Below, one piece after another: positions 25,936 to 38,754 of a DNA stretch of 64,000 nucleotides. Where the stretch lies: the NCBI RefSeq assembly GCF_009914755.1, contig NC_060938.1, one strand, 5' to 3'. The notes beneath the pieces are model-generated. The model searched no databases. It saw only the letters and a list, made by a program, of their open reading frames with translations, and had not been told where the DNA came from. Position 1 is the stretch's first letter, and every line of letters begins with the position of its first letter. Source of the DNA: the human T2T-CHM13v2.0 reference genome, Homo sapiens. A program made the position numbers and the translations under genes.

Positions 25936-27534
25936 GCTCTGCAGCTGGCGATGGCCTGCAGATGGAATTTATATTATTGGCTGACAATTGGGCCATGTGG
26001 ACTCAACTGAGAAGGCAATGGAAGTTGCAGCAATTTCATTTTATTAAAAAAAAAGTTCTCCTGGTAAAGGGCTGCTATTAGACTCTTGGAATCCTGTCCA
26101 GCTTCATCTTCTCCTCCCTTCTGTCATCCAAGCTTCCTCCTTGGCCCACATTCCCTAACTTTGCACACAAACCTTGCAATGTATGCTCTGATTTCTGGGT
26201 TAAATTTGGTGAAGGGCATCCCCTGCTGTCCTTTTACCTGGTGAATACATGGAATTGGCCCTTCTCCTCTGCGTTTAGGGTCTCACTGCCCTCCCTCATT
26301 AGTTGGGATCTGGCGCTGGGCTATGAGCAGCATCAGTAGTATCCTCTACTAAAGGGAATCATGTAGCATTTCCCCCAGACAGCTCTATCTTCCCTGCATA
26401 CCAATCCAATTACAAACAAATTGGGCCACAGGCTCAAGCATGAGAGCAATTTGGCCTTCTCTCCTCTACTGCTGACAGCTTTAAATCTGCTCCCTTTAAA
26501 AACTCAACTCCAGGAGGGGATTTTAGCACCCAAGCTTAAGAGCAGTGGGTGCAATTATCCCAAATATCAGGGTGCCGAGAGACTTAGAGGAAGAGCTCCA
26601 GATAATATTTTTCAGGGAAAAAAAAATTAAAGAGACAGGTTCTTTGGGATTTCCCCATGGCTGCAGGTTAGAGTCTTGGAGGCTGGTCTTTGCAGGTCTG
26701 TTATTAACTTGGCCTGACTTGATCGGCTCTCTCTGGATTCCCTTTTCCTCTCTGGCTGGTTGCCTTTTCTCTCCTGGACTCTGCCTTAGTGGTGAGGAAT
26801 TCATTCCTAGGTTTCTGGAGGGAGAGAAAGAATGTTTCAGCTGTCTTTACTATGCCTTAAAAGACATAGTTTTTTTTTTTTTGAAACATATGCTCATAGT
26901 TTGATAGAGCTGAACTCACATAAAAGCAGAGCATCTTCATATGGGGTGACAAGTGGACAGCCCACCTCTTCAGAAAGCCCAGGATCAGCCAGGCTTTCTC
27001 CCCATGATGAATCCCATGGGCAAGCTGCTGGGGGAGTTGTGTGAATTTGCTCCTTCTGCCTTTTAAAATGTCCATTTAAATGTACTTTAAATTGAAAATC
27101 CAACGTAACTAGAAAGAAAAACAGATATGAAGTAAGATTGTACATGTAGGGTTTTTTTTAATCAAAATTTTCCAAGTTCAGGTTTTCTTGAACTGTAATT
27201 ATTGTGGGTTACATCTTGGCATTGATGCTTAACGTGCTACCTCCCTTTCCTTTGCCTTTTTGAGGGAAAGATCATTTGCCATTTTCTATCATCACACCAG
27301 CCACACTTTCCACATGAGGACCCACTGGGGTTTCTAGGGAAATTCACTTGAGTGAGGTGCCCAGCTGGCTGTGAGGCTGGGGCATTTCCCTTTTCATCCC
27401 CCATCAGGGGGGCCTCTCCTACACAAAGTTTGCCTCTCCCACACCACTCTTCTTTTCCCAGAGGTGTCTCCAGTGATTTCTAGGATGATCTAGAAGAACT
27501 TACTGAGATCTTTAAATAGTGAAGTGAAGTGGGT

Positions 27535-27710
27535 AGGTGCATTCTCTGCTCTCATGGAGTCTAGGGCCCCAGAGGGAAGCAGATAGGTATGGCTATTGCA
27601 GGAAGTAAAAGCAGTGCTGGGATGGGAAGAAAGGTGCCAGGAGAGCATGACAACAGGGTACGTAACCCCAGCTTAGCAGGAAGACTTCCTAGAAGAAAAG
27701 GCCATCAAGC
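27535..27710 (-). mobile_element. L2 fragment
   Basis: ctctgctctcatggagtctag...caggaagacttcctagaagaa. Confidence 0.6.
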
Positions 27711-28739
27711 ATAAATATGTTAATAACATTGCCACAGTCTCTGTGACGGGTGTCAGAAACTGACTCAAGTAGAGAATAAAAGTGAGTGTCGCTAAGGGGA
27801 AATCCATCAAGGGAGAGCCTTCATGGGATCCACTTGGATGGACTGCAACAGTACCATGGCCATGCCAATGGACTGTGCAGCTGCACTTTGATGGCCTTTG
27901 ACTCTCCATCACTAAGTCAGTCAAAGGGCCAGAGCTCCTCCTCCTTTATTTCCTGTCTCTCTTAAGCAACAGCTGTGTAACTCAGTGCCTCTTGATGGGG
28001 AAATGTTGAATAGGAGAGAGGAATCCCTAGAGGTCTGTGTGGTGAGGGGAGTGGGAGATGAGGCTGGATTTTCCTTCGGCTCAGTTATGGCACCTGCCTC
28101 ACTTCATCTGAGCTTTCAGCCCTCAGGTCATGATAGAAAAGAAGATGCTGGGATCATCCTGTCAAACTGTCAAATTTGGGGGTGAATGAAATATTCACTA
28201 GGGAGCTCCAAGAAGCCAGAAAACTCGTATTTACTTTCAACTGGGGAGAATTTGAACCTATGTCTCCAGATTTGTAAGTCCAGGATATTAATTCATTGTG
28301 ACATCTGGTCCTTCTCTTTGATATTTTAAAAATAGGCTAGAAATAGAATTGTGAATCCATGCTCCAAAGATTCTGGGAAAGAATGCAACTCTGAATGTAT
28401 CTTGTTTATCCAGCAGGTCTGGTCATTTGTGTAACACGATATTTCATCCATTAGATGCTGTAAGCCAAATTCTAGTGCAGGGTTTCCATTTTGTTTAAAT
28501 TGTCTATGAAAGAAAAGAATGTGGGAATGTCTGTCTTGCCATTTTCAAGGACTGTGGTGGCACCAGTAGCTGGCTTCTGGCTTCTAGTTTTTGCTACAGC
28601 CACTGGAAAATTTAGGACTCTCTCACAATCCTAAAGGCTGGGAACTAGAAAGAAAATTCAGCAGTATGTAACAAGAGCCATAATGATGTGCTCTTTGTTC
28701 CAATCAATCCACTCCTGTGAATGTCAAAGAAATGTCACT

Positions 28740-29100
28740 CGACAGACCCACAAATCTACATTCTCAAAGATGTTCCTCTAGAATTATTTTGTAAAAGGGA
28801 AAAAAAATGTAAAAACCACCAACATGTTCAACATTATGGACTGTTTTAAAAATGAGGGCACATTAACTTGAAGAAATATTATGCAGTCCTAAAATAATTA
28901 TGAAAGCTATGCACATTCACAAATGTCTCTTGGATGGCTGCCATATGCCAGTGCTATTATATAGTATAGAAATATGCAGATTGCAAATCTACGTACTCTA
29001 TGATATTAGCTACGTAAAAGATGTGTGCTGAGGGGAGAAAATCTGCAGAAATGTTATTAGTAGATAGGGTTATGGATGATTGTATGTTGTTTAATAAATT
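28740..29100 (+). mobile_element. Ancient L1M (L1ME/MC-type) 3' fragment
   Basis: caaagatgttc...ttattt...aaatattatgcagtcctaaaataatt...aaatgttattagtagatagggttatggatgatt. Confidence 0.5.
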
Positions 29101-29664
29101 TGTTACATTGTCTTAAGTGTCAACGGATGTAAACAAATTATGATAAGAGTACAGAAGAAGGTGCTGCTAGTTTGAGAAAGACTTCTGACTATTTTTAAGT
29201 GTGAGAGTGATCACTTCTTCATTATTAGTTCATTTATATTTACACAGCACCTACTAAGTACTAGAAAATATAGCAGTAGTTAAGACAGACACACAATCCT
29301 TATAATTTTTAGTCAGGTCTGTTTTACTTTATTAATCTTATACTTAATGAATATTTGAATTTAGAAAGTCTCCTTTATAATTATCTATACTGATTTCCCT
29401 CTTTTCTATCTCCTTCTTTTCCTCCTTCCTTCTAAAACATTTGTTATAGAGATGGAATTTAAGTCATAGAGAAAGTAATTTGCTGAGATCACAGGGCTTG
29501 CTTGCAGCCAACCTGATATTAGACTGATTCTTGGTTTACTTGCACCCTTACTTCTCTCCTGTAATCCCTGAATTTCTTTTAGATATAAAGTTGGAGAATC
29601 AACAAGTCTTATTGGGAATCACAATTTAATCGTATTGGTCAGGGAGAGAATGATACAAACAAGC

Positions 29665-29815
29665 ACTTCTCAAGCTATGTCCTATGTAGGCATCACTGGA
29701 GGATCTCGTCCAAATACAGAACTTGATTCTGTACTCTGGGTTGGAGCTTGAGGTTCTGTATTTCTCACGAACTCCCAGGTGATTCTAATGTTACCTTTTC
29801 TTGAGTTGCAAGGAA
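29665..29815. mobile_element. MER5A-like MITE
   Basis: tgattctgtactctgggttggagcttgaggttctgtatttctcacgaactcccaggtgattctaatg. Confidence 0.7.
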
Positions 29816-30137
29816 CTAAAGGGTAGAAAATAATGGAATTTAACTTTTAGCCAGTGTTCTTTTTAGTTTTGTCATCGAGGAAGTAACAATGTCCATTTTT
29901 TTACAAAATCTAAATTTTCTATCACTAACTACTGATACATTTTCCTTTTCCCAATTGGCATTCACTCTGCATCTGGGTCTCTCTCACACAAAATGGTCAT
30001 GAAAGACGGAAATATTCTAGATCCACGCCACTAAGAGATAATGGAATAGGGACTTGTGCCTCGGTTATCTGACTCCCAAACCCTTGCTTGGCTCTTACCC
30101 ACTAGGATGCATGGCCCTCACCTTGCTTTCCCATCAC

Positions 30138-30365
30138 CCAGTGGTCAAAGGCCAGGTCTTTGGAGTTAAGACCAAAACTGGGTTCAAAGCCTAACTAAGC
30201 ACTCAATACTAGGGGTGAGTTACTGCTTTTCATCTTTAAATGTGGATAATAATAACAGTGATATCCTTCAATGATTGTGTAGATTAAATGAGATAATGTA
30301 CACAAACCACTTTGCCCAGGGTCTGGCATGAAATTAGTGCTCAATAAAGGTAGGTATTATCATTG
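30138..30365 (+). mobile_element. MIR, near full length
   Basis: gtggtcaaaggccaggtctttggagttaagac...gattaaatgagataatgta...gtgctcaataaaggtaggtattat. Confidence 0.85.
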
Positions 30366-30399
30366 TATTGAGTTGAGTTTGAATCTCATTTTGAATACT

Positions 30400-31130
30400 T
30401 GACCTAGAGGAATTCACAGCCTAGTAGTTGAAGTAGAAAGGAAATTAAATAATTTTATTTAATATTAATATTTAATTGAACATACTCTAAATACAAATAA
30501 ATATAAACATATAAATAAAATTCTAAATAAATAGTAATGAGGATATATATAAAGCATACACATCTATGAATCTATGCATATTTATATAAACATAAATACA
30601 TTTAAATATTTCATGTATTTAATTAATGTTTACACAATAACTATATAAATATACAGACAAATATAAATTAGAGAAATAAACATATATACATATATAAAGT
30701 ATAAATAAAACATAAATACATAATAAAAATGTAATATAATTTAAATTTAAATAACACATTAAATAATTTGTTAATAAACAAATATATGTAATTTTTATAT
30801 ATAAATGCAACAATTGTTAATGCAAATGTGTTTATGAATAATAGGGAGACTCAGAGATGTAACTATAAAAACTTCCTGGATGGTGAGAGAGAACTTTTGA
30901 CCTGAGTCCTGAAGGATTAGAATGAGGTTAGGGAAAAGCATTTTGTGCTGAGGGTTCGGAGTAAGGAGGGCAGTAGGCAGCAAGACTGTAATGAAGATTG
31001 GTGCTGGTTTGTAAAGTGCTACTAAATCATGACCTTTACCTATGGACTGTGGGAAGCCATGAAAAGGTGGTTTTAAGCAGACCAGGGATGTGACTAGTGT
31101 GTATTTTTATTATAGCAAGTAAATCTGTAG
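30400..31130 (-). mobile_element. L2 fragment split by AT-rich tract
   Basis: gacctagaggaattcacagcctagt; acttcctggatggtgag...ctgagtcctgaaggattag; gggaagccatgaaaaggtggttttaagcag. Confidence 0.65.
30445..30805. repeat. AT-rich low-complexity tract
   Basis: ~360 bp dominated by A/T with recurrent aaacataaataca and tatata. Confidence 0.9.
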
Positions 31131-31849
31131 GGTGGTTACTTGGTTAGAAATCCTTTGGTATGCTCTCTGCTTCCTTCAGGGGTCTAAAGTGTTTTCCAAG
31201 CATCATCAAACCCTGCAACAGTCTTTCAAAACAGTCCTAGCCATTGAAAATGTAAGGGAGAAACAGTCACTGTGTAATAGGGTATATTCTCATTGGTGTA
31301 TCCCTGGGTTCTAAAATTTCACATTCAATGCTGAGGTTTGTGGCAATTTCATGGAAAAGAAAACAACAAAAACGACAAATGGTTCATCCAAAAGATGTAT
31401 GAGAGGAAAAAAAATCAAAGATAAAAAAGGGTGAACACAGAGAAATACCTTATTTATGTTCCTATTGTTAACTACTGATTTATTCTTAGAGACCCTTCCC
31501 CTCAACCTGACCTTGAAAAGAATGAATTCTCAATGTGGTAGGATTGTTTGATTAAGAGACAGGTAAAAACTGAAGGTAGAATGCTGTGATGATGGAGGAA
31601 ATACCTAATTCTCTTTTCCTTCATCACTGGCTAACTCATGCAGTTGGAGATAAAAAAAAAATTCTGAAATTAGAGTCTGATAAAACCTTTCATATCATTT
31701 CTGTATAGGCTGTTTGTTGGCCATCAGATGCACAGATCTGCGTATCTCTATTGGCCTCTGTCACAGGAACAGCATCTTAAGGTCTCATTCCATAATGTAT
31801 CATGCAAAAATAAAATGATAATTACACTTCACATTTCCTTTCATCTAAG

Positions 31850-32030
31850 GATATTATTCTTCCAAACATTAACTAATAAAGACACATAACACTCTGTGAG
31901 ATAGGTGAATATTATTGTGCTGTTTTATGGATGAGGAAGATGATTAAAAAGGAGATTAAGCAATTTGCCTACAACAAGGTGAGTCTGTAGATATAGGAGT
32001 CAAATTTCTACCCTCTGAGACGAACACAAT
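31850..32030 (-). mobile_element. MIR
   Basis: cataacactctgtgagataggtgaatattattgtgctgttttatggatgaggaa...agattaagcaatttgcc. Confidence 0.8.
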
Positions 32031-32459
32031 AATTGCTAAACCAAGATAAAAGCCTTTACTTATTCTTTTAGAATGATAGTACAAAATTGAATCATGGCTT
32101 TTCACTCCTAAGTTACCCAAGAATCCAGAGATCATCCAAAACAAAAAATATGTATATTTCAAAAAGAAAGAGTCTCATATTTACCTATACGAATTTGTTT
32201 CTTCATCATTTAATAGAACCTCAGGACATAGTGTTTTGTTCCTTACCTAATTTGGAACTGTATCATAATCTTTTCAAAGAAGAAAGGCATGGAGGTTTTT
32301 TATTATCTAGCATACGCTATGTATTCTAAATCTATTCTGCAATTTAGATCTATGTCTTATAGGATGCTCCTAACACAGTACTCTCCTGCCTTAGAATAAT
32401 TTTGTAACACTTGTTAGGAGGTAGGGTTCTCATGTATTTTCACTAGAAATATCAGTTAT

Positions 32460-32670
32460 ACTTTATCAATCACTTATGTGACACACACTGTGCTAAAGGC
32501 TCAACATAATTTGTATTTATTACTTTTACTATGCAAAAGATACTATTTCCATTTCACAGATGAGAAATTTGTAGGTTAAATAGGTTAGCAAACTTGCTCA
32601 GTAGAGATAACCTAGTTTGGAGTCTGTAGAGCTTGGAATCTGTCCCAAGATTTTCTGACCCACAACCTCA
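32460..32670 (-). mobile_element. MIR
   Basis: cacttatgtgacacacactgtgctaa...ccatttcacagatgagaaa...aggttagcaaacttgctca. Confidence 0.75.
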
Positions 32671-32740
32671 CTATTCTGAGTATCAAATCTTAAGCACAAA
32701 ATTAGAATTCTTTCCTAAAGAATAATAAAAGTTTAATATA

Positions 32741-34199
32741 TAAAAGGACTTCAAAAATGTCACGGAAAATGCATATCACGAAAAAAGTAAGCATAGATTT
32801 CAAAAATTTTTTTGAACCAAAATAAACTCGTATTAACTTATAGCATGTCAAACAGGACCTAGTGTGAGACACTAAGAAGGATAAACATCAATTTAAAAAC
32901 AGCCTTTATCTGAACAACATGAATTTTGCTAAAATTGAAGCAAGAACAAATATCAAATTTATGGTAAAGCTTGGGTGGAAGAATGGCAAAATTATTGATG
33001 TTTTATGAAAAGTTTATGGTGGCAATGCCCCAAATAAATGAACAGTTTACAAATGACAACTTGTTTTAAAAAGAATGAGATGATGTTGAAGATGAGGCAT
33101 GCAGTGGCAAACCATCCATATCAATCTGTGAGAAAAAAATTTCATCTTGTTCGTGCCCTTCTTGAAGAGGACCAATGATTAACAGCAGAAACAATAGCCA
33201 ACACCACAGACATCTCAATTAGTTCAGCATACAGAGAGTTCTGATTAAAAAATCAATGTTAGGCAAACTTTCCACTTGCTGTGTGCCAAAACTGTTGTGC
33301 CCAGATTGGCTTCAGACAAGAGCAGAGCTTTCAGTGGAGATTTTATGTAAATGGGATCAAGATCTTGAAGCCTTTCTTTGAAGAATTGTAACGGGAGAAG
33401 AAACATGGCTTTACCAGTATGATCCTGAAGACGAAGCACAATCAAAGCAATGGCTACCAAGGAGGGAAGGGGTCCAGTCACAGCAAAAGAGGACTAGTCA
33501 AGAGCAAAGGTCAGGGCAACAGATTTTTTGGGGCAGCTCATGGCATTTTGCCTGTTGACTTTCTGGAAGGCCAAAGAATGATAACATGTGCTTATTATGA
33601 GAAGGTTAGCCAAAACTTTAGCAGAAAATGCCCAAGAAATCTTCACTAGAGTCCTTCTCCAACATGATAATGCTCCTTCTTATTCTTCTCAACAAACAAT
33701 GGAAAATAATTAGGCATGCAACTTATAGTCCTGATTACCTTCTGAGTTTTTTTGTTTGTTTGTTTTCTAATCTTAAAAAAGTCTTTAAAGGGCATCCATT
33801 TTTCTTCAGTTAATAATGAAAAAGACTGCATTGACATGATTAAATTCTCAGGACCTTCAGTTGTTTAAGGATGGATTAAATGACTGGGTACTTATAAGAG
33901 TGCCTTAAACTTGGTGGAGCTTATTTTGAGAAAGAAACGAGGGTAACAACACACACTGGGGCTGGTGGGGAGTCAGGGAGGGAGGGAGAGCATAAAAAAA
34001 AGAAAAGCTAATGGATGTGGGGCTTAATACCTAGGTGATGGGTGATAGGTGCAGCAAACCACCATGGCACATGTTTTCTTGTAACAAACCTGCAAATCCT
34101 GTATATGTGCCCCGGAACTTGAATAAAATAAAATAAAGTTTATATTTTTTATTTTTATCTTTTAATTCCACTTTCCACAAACTTTTTGAGGTCCCCTCC
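32741..34199 (+). mobile_element. HSMAR2 mariner transposon, near full length, dead transposase (ATG 32919)
   Basis: TIRs aaggacttcaaaaatgtcacggaaaat / tttccacaaactttttgaggtcccctc with TA on both sides; remnants MNFAKIEARTNIKFMVKLGWKNG, TGEETWLYQYDPE, HDNA, YSPD; multiple stops and indels. Confidence 0.95.
33938..34130 (+). mobile_element. L1PA (about L1PA8-11) 3' end inserted in HSMAR2
   Basis: gctaatggatgtggggcttaatacctaggtgatggg...ggtgcagcaaaccaccatggcaca...gtaacaaacctgca...ccggaactt plus A-rich tail; flanks aaagaaa/aaataaa. Confidence 0.9.
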
Positions 34200-37194
34200 T
34201 ATGTCTTTTCTTGTGCTTTAGCTTCCATTAAAAAGAGGTTAAAAACATGAATATACTTTTCTACCCAATTACAATGGCAGTGAAAACTTGTAACTCTTGC
34301 TTATAGACCCAGATATAGATTTTCTTCGCAGAATAGGGTAAATATTCTACTGTTAGTTGGTATCCTCTATCTCCCCAACCACATCCACCATCTCCCACAG
34401 GATACATATTTGTTGGTGGTTGTCAAAAGTTCATTTTGTTTTCTCCTTTCAAAGTCTTTTTTGTCCTGTATTTAATTTTAGTTCCCTTTCCTTTTTTTTT
34501 GACTTTTCTACAAAAAGTTGGCAATATCTGAAGCTCCATCCTCTCCTTATTGTGATAACATTCCAACTCTATTACTTTTTACCTTGTTGGTTCCGTGGAG
34601 GACATCCTAAGGATTGTTTGTTTTGCTCAAGGACTGGTAAATGATGTGTTTCAGAAGTGACATTTTGACTTGTAGAGGCCAGGCAATTTGGACATGGAGA
34701 GAATTTCTATAAATCCCACATGATTTTCTGTATTTCAATGCTGTCATCTTAAATGCAGCATCTGTAGCATAAAACTGCCAAAGAGGGTCATATTTTTATT
34801 TTTACCAATAATTCTAGGTGACCTGGTTTAGCCCAGATCCAACAACTTGGATTCTTTACTGACTTTTCTATTAATCTGAACATGAAAGATTTGATGTAGT
34901 ATAAAATATCTCTTTGGCACTGCCACATGAAAATATATACACATGCTACTTCCAGAAAACAGTCTTCTTGAAGAACAAGATGAAAATTTAATGGCAGCTT
35001 TAATTTTAACTTAAGACACTTACAAGATTACACTAGCAAAAAAGAATTCACCACCAGCTGCACGTCTGAGAGACCAAGGGACTGATTAAGTCTGTCACAT
35101 GGACAACATCTAACTCTTCGAATGGTAGGTGTGCACTACAGTTTGCAGTAAGTCTGTTACCAGATGAGCCAACTTCAAAGATAGTGGTGGGCGGCGCAGA
35201 GGATAGTAGGAGGTGGGGAAGCATCAAAAGCTTCAAAGAAAGTTGGGGTTAGTTTTTTTGCCAAAAGTTATTTAAAGTCACTGAACACAAAGATATTTTG
35301 AGGCATGTTGATCATGACCTAATATTTATTTTCAGTTTTTGCGACATTAGTATGCAAAGACAGATTAAGTAAATAATGCAAATTAATTGCATTTATATTT
35401 TAAACAAAAGAGTAGTTCAAATGCAAGTAGGAGACATCCTGTCTACAAGGATATTTAGCCAATAGCTTGATGCATGTGGTTGCAAAGAAGATTGAGTATT
35501 ATCCAAGAGACACAGATGGGATGATTTAGGCACAAACAACTTTTATTTTGTTACTTCTGTGCACTCTCTTGGACATACCTGCCTTCATAAAAATTATATT
35601 CGTGTACATATAAAAGCCTTAAATATACATCAAGAAATTATATATAAAGCCCTTTCTTGGCAAATATCTAGGATTATTAAACTTTAATATGTTACAGATT
35701 TATATTCTTTACAGATTTGTTATAATTTAAAAGTTAAATGTTGACAGTTCATAGTTACACATCTTTTATTTAAGATTTCTGTTGAAATAACATTTTCCAC
35801 CTGATTTGAAGCAGCAGTTTCTAGGATTTTTAAAAACGCATACATATTGTGAATGTACTAGGTGATACAGTCAGCTTGAAGTATTTTTAATACTAGGAAA
35901 CTCTTAGGCTTGAGATGTTTTTTAAAACATTTTCCAAAGCCCCTCAAGTGCCCACTAACGTATTTGCCTTTTCTAAGTGGACTACTAGGAAGCTTAAGGC
36001 CAAGTTTGTAGCCCACCTCCAGTAAGGCATAGTATTTCATGATATGCTTATTTGTTTACTAGCTTCCATAAATTATTTTCTCACCTCTTGTTTCCTTTTA
36101 AACTTTTTTTAAAGTTTAATATTAAATTTTTAAATTTTAAACAACTTTCTTTTAAATTTTACCTAGTCTTGTCATTCTACGTAAGCCACTTTAAAAATAT
36201 TTCTGAAACCAAGTAGAAATGAATGAAACAAAAATACCTATGTTTTGATACCTATAGCTAATTCGTGATATAAATGCCACAGCTTTAACGGCCTTTTTGC
36301 TGGGCAACATAGAGTTGTCTAGATTTCCAAGGGTAAAGGGGAATTAGAAATATTATTATAAATAATTAACTCATCCAGGTCATAATGAGGATAATTATTT
36401 TTGTGTATCTTTATCCCTCTGGGATATGCAATAATTGCATCTGTTCTTTGCCAGGAAATATTTAAATATTGTTATTGGTTGAAACAAAATGCAAACCTTT
36501 GTCTGGCCTCATTCGATGTGTCCAAAGATACAGAGAAGGTAACACCCAGATTCACATTTACTAAGGGATTCCAAATAATGCCCTAAATGACTATTTTGGA
36601 GCTCAGTTACATGCAGGTGGTAGGAGGATTTATGCTGTGAATGCCTAAAATACTTTCTCCACCGAGGGGAGATTATTAAGTCCTAGTGAGCCTGAGTGTT
36701 CGGTGCCAATACTAACCATTAACTTTTGGCTCTGAGCCACGACTGTCTACTCTGCAGTGGATTCTGCCACCAAGGGGAAGGTCATTAAGGGCTGTTCTTT
36801 ATTCTCGTTAGTATGTTCCAACATAATTAACAGAAGTTGTTCACCAGATGGTTTCCTTCCTGTCAGCAAGTACCTCCAGCTTAATGGGCTATGCAGGATT
36901 CTTTACTTTAAGTGGGTGAGGCGGGAAGCAAATTTAAAATATATCATCTTTGATCCTCCCACTTCTAATTAGTTCTAAAGGTTTTAGATAATAACGTAAA
37001 GGGGGCAGTGAAATGGAATCATCCTAAAAATCAAAGAATCACAGAAGGCTATCAGGAGTTTTACACATACCATGGGGTGTTTCTTCCTCCCTAATAAGTC
37101 TCCACCCAGCACCAAGAGAAGTATAGAAATAACTGTCAGCTTACCACTGAAACATGTTTATAGTGCCTTAGAGCTAAAATGAATTTAAAATCTG

Positions 37195-37380
37195 GTAATA
37201 AAATTCAATAAGTGCTTACTGAGTTCCCACTGGGTTTTGGAAATTGTCTTGGGTGCTTGGGATATAAGAGCAAGTTACCTCTCTTGCCCCAGAAGTTAGA
37301 GAGTAACGGATTCAGACATGTAGGCAGGCCATTTTTAGTAGAGTTTGGTAAGTACTGTACCAGATACTTTTGGTCTCCAA
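37195..37380 (-). mobile_element. L2 3' end
   Basis: attcaataagtgcttactgagttcccactg...ggtgcttgggatataagagcaag...cttgccccagaagttagagag. Confidence 0.65.
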
Positions 37381-37479
37381 CCTCAGCACCGTTTCTCTTT
37401 CTTGGGAAATAAACTTTGGTCTTGTTCAGGTATGCACTCTCTTGAACATGGTATTGGATGCAAAGGAAATATGTCTAAG

Positions 37480-37670
37480 CCAATTTTAGCTGTCCCGTTC
37501 CCCTATGCTAATGTTCGGTTTAATAGTTGGACATGTTAGCCGCTTCTGACCGATGAATCAGGAGAGGGGTATCATTGGGAACTTGTAGGAAAGGCTTTCT
37601 TGCTCCTAAGAAAGCGCTAGGAAATATGGCCCTCCTTTCTTCCAATGTTGTGGTTGTAATACTCGGAACA
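37480..37670 (+). mobile_element. Old MLT1 (J/K/L-type) LTR fragment
   Basis: tggacatgttagccgcttctgaccgatga...aggaaaggctttcttgctcctaagaaag. Confidence 0.5.
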
Positions 37671-37789
37671 GTCTAGTTACAGGGTATAAAAGCATTATAA
37701 AATACATCTGACTAGCTAAAATCAAACAGTCTCTCTCTAAACTTACTATGTTCAGAAAATGATTTTATTATAAGGAAAATAATAACAAT

Positions 37790-37960
37790 ATCTAATTCTC
37801 ATTCATTATCTCCTGTGATTATTGCAACAACCTTGTAAGTCATATAGGACAGAAACTATCCCCTTTATTTAGATGAGGAAACTAAGAGAGACCGATGTGA
37901 CGAGCCTGGACAAAGGTCATGGCTTCTGAAATTAAGTGCTCTTTCAACCTTACCATGTCG
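37790..37960 (-). mobile_element. MIR
   Basis: cattatctc...caacaaccttgtaagt...tatcccctttatttagatgaggaaactaag. Confidence 0.75.
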
Positions 37961-38754
37961 TTTCTTTTCTTAAACAGTCAAAGCAAAAAACTCAATCACA
38001 CAGGCCAGGAACACAATGTAATTACAAAACTCTTCCCTTTTTTGGCCTAAAAAAAACAGTAATTCTGCTTCTTTTGAGCTTCCATCCTGGAATTTTAAAT
38101 TCAGTTTTATTTCTTCTGTGGAAAAAAAATTGAAGTCACTTAAGGTGAAAAGGGCTTTTTAATGGGAAAATAGGTCATTAAATATCAACCTAGACTACTA
38201 ATAATTAGAAGTGGTTTTAAAAGATGTTTGAGAGACAAGATGAAATGGCCTAGTTCCAGGCATTGTATGCTATCACTCCACCTAGGAAGAAGGGCTGTGA
38301 CAGTGATGAGTGGGCTAGAAGACTGTGTTATAAAAACTCTGGCCAAAGTATTTATAGGCTTAATAATCATGTGCTATAACTCAGTTGCAAAGATGATTTC
38401 GCTCATTCACCAGCTGTTAGTATGCCTTTGTGTGCAAAGTGACAGAAAGCCTAACTCAATTGGTTTAAGCAAAACAGAATGTACTGGTTCACAGCACTGA
38501 ATGATACTCAGCAGGTGCTCTGACTGCAGGTATAGCTTCATTTAGGGCTCAACTCCTGCCACCAGGCTCCACCTATAGGCTCTTCTTTCTCTGTGGTGGT
38601 TCAGTTCTGTCTCTGGGTGGTGGTCCCAAACTTTAGGCTTGCTGCATTATAGCACCCAGTCTACTGGAAATAGAGTCTCAAATAGAAATAGTAGTTTCAA
38701 AAAGAACTGAAATGAAGGCTAGGATTTGAATTCTGTTCACCCAGACAGTATCAT

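Noticed and set aside
30445-30805. AT-rich tract as matrix-attachment or unwinding element
   Set aside because: Only composition supports it; best treated as low complexity.
33245-33837. ORFs over HSMAR2 as a possible active or domesticated transposase
   Set aside because: Short, mostly out-of-frame or antisense pieces; the true frame has stops, indels and damaged catalytic motifs.
35048-35236. 62-aa ORF with protein-like composition
   Set aside because: No recognised homology and no convincing splice boundaries.
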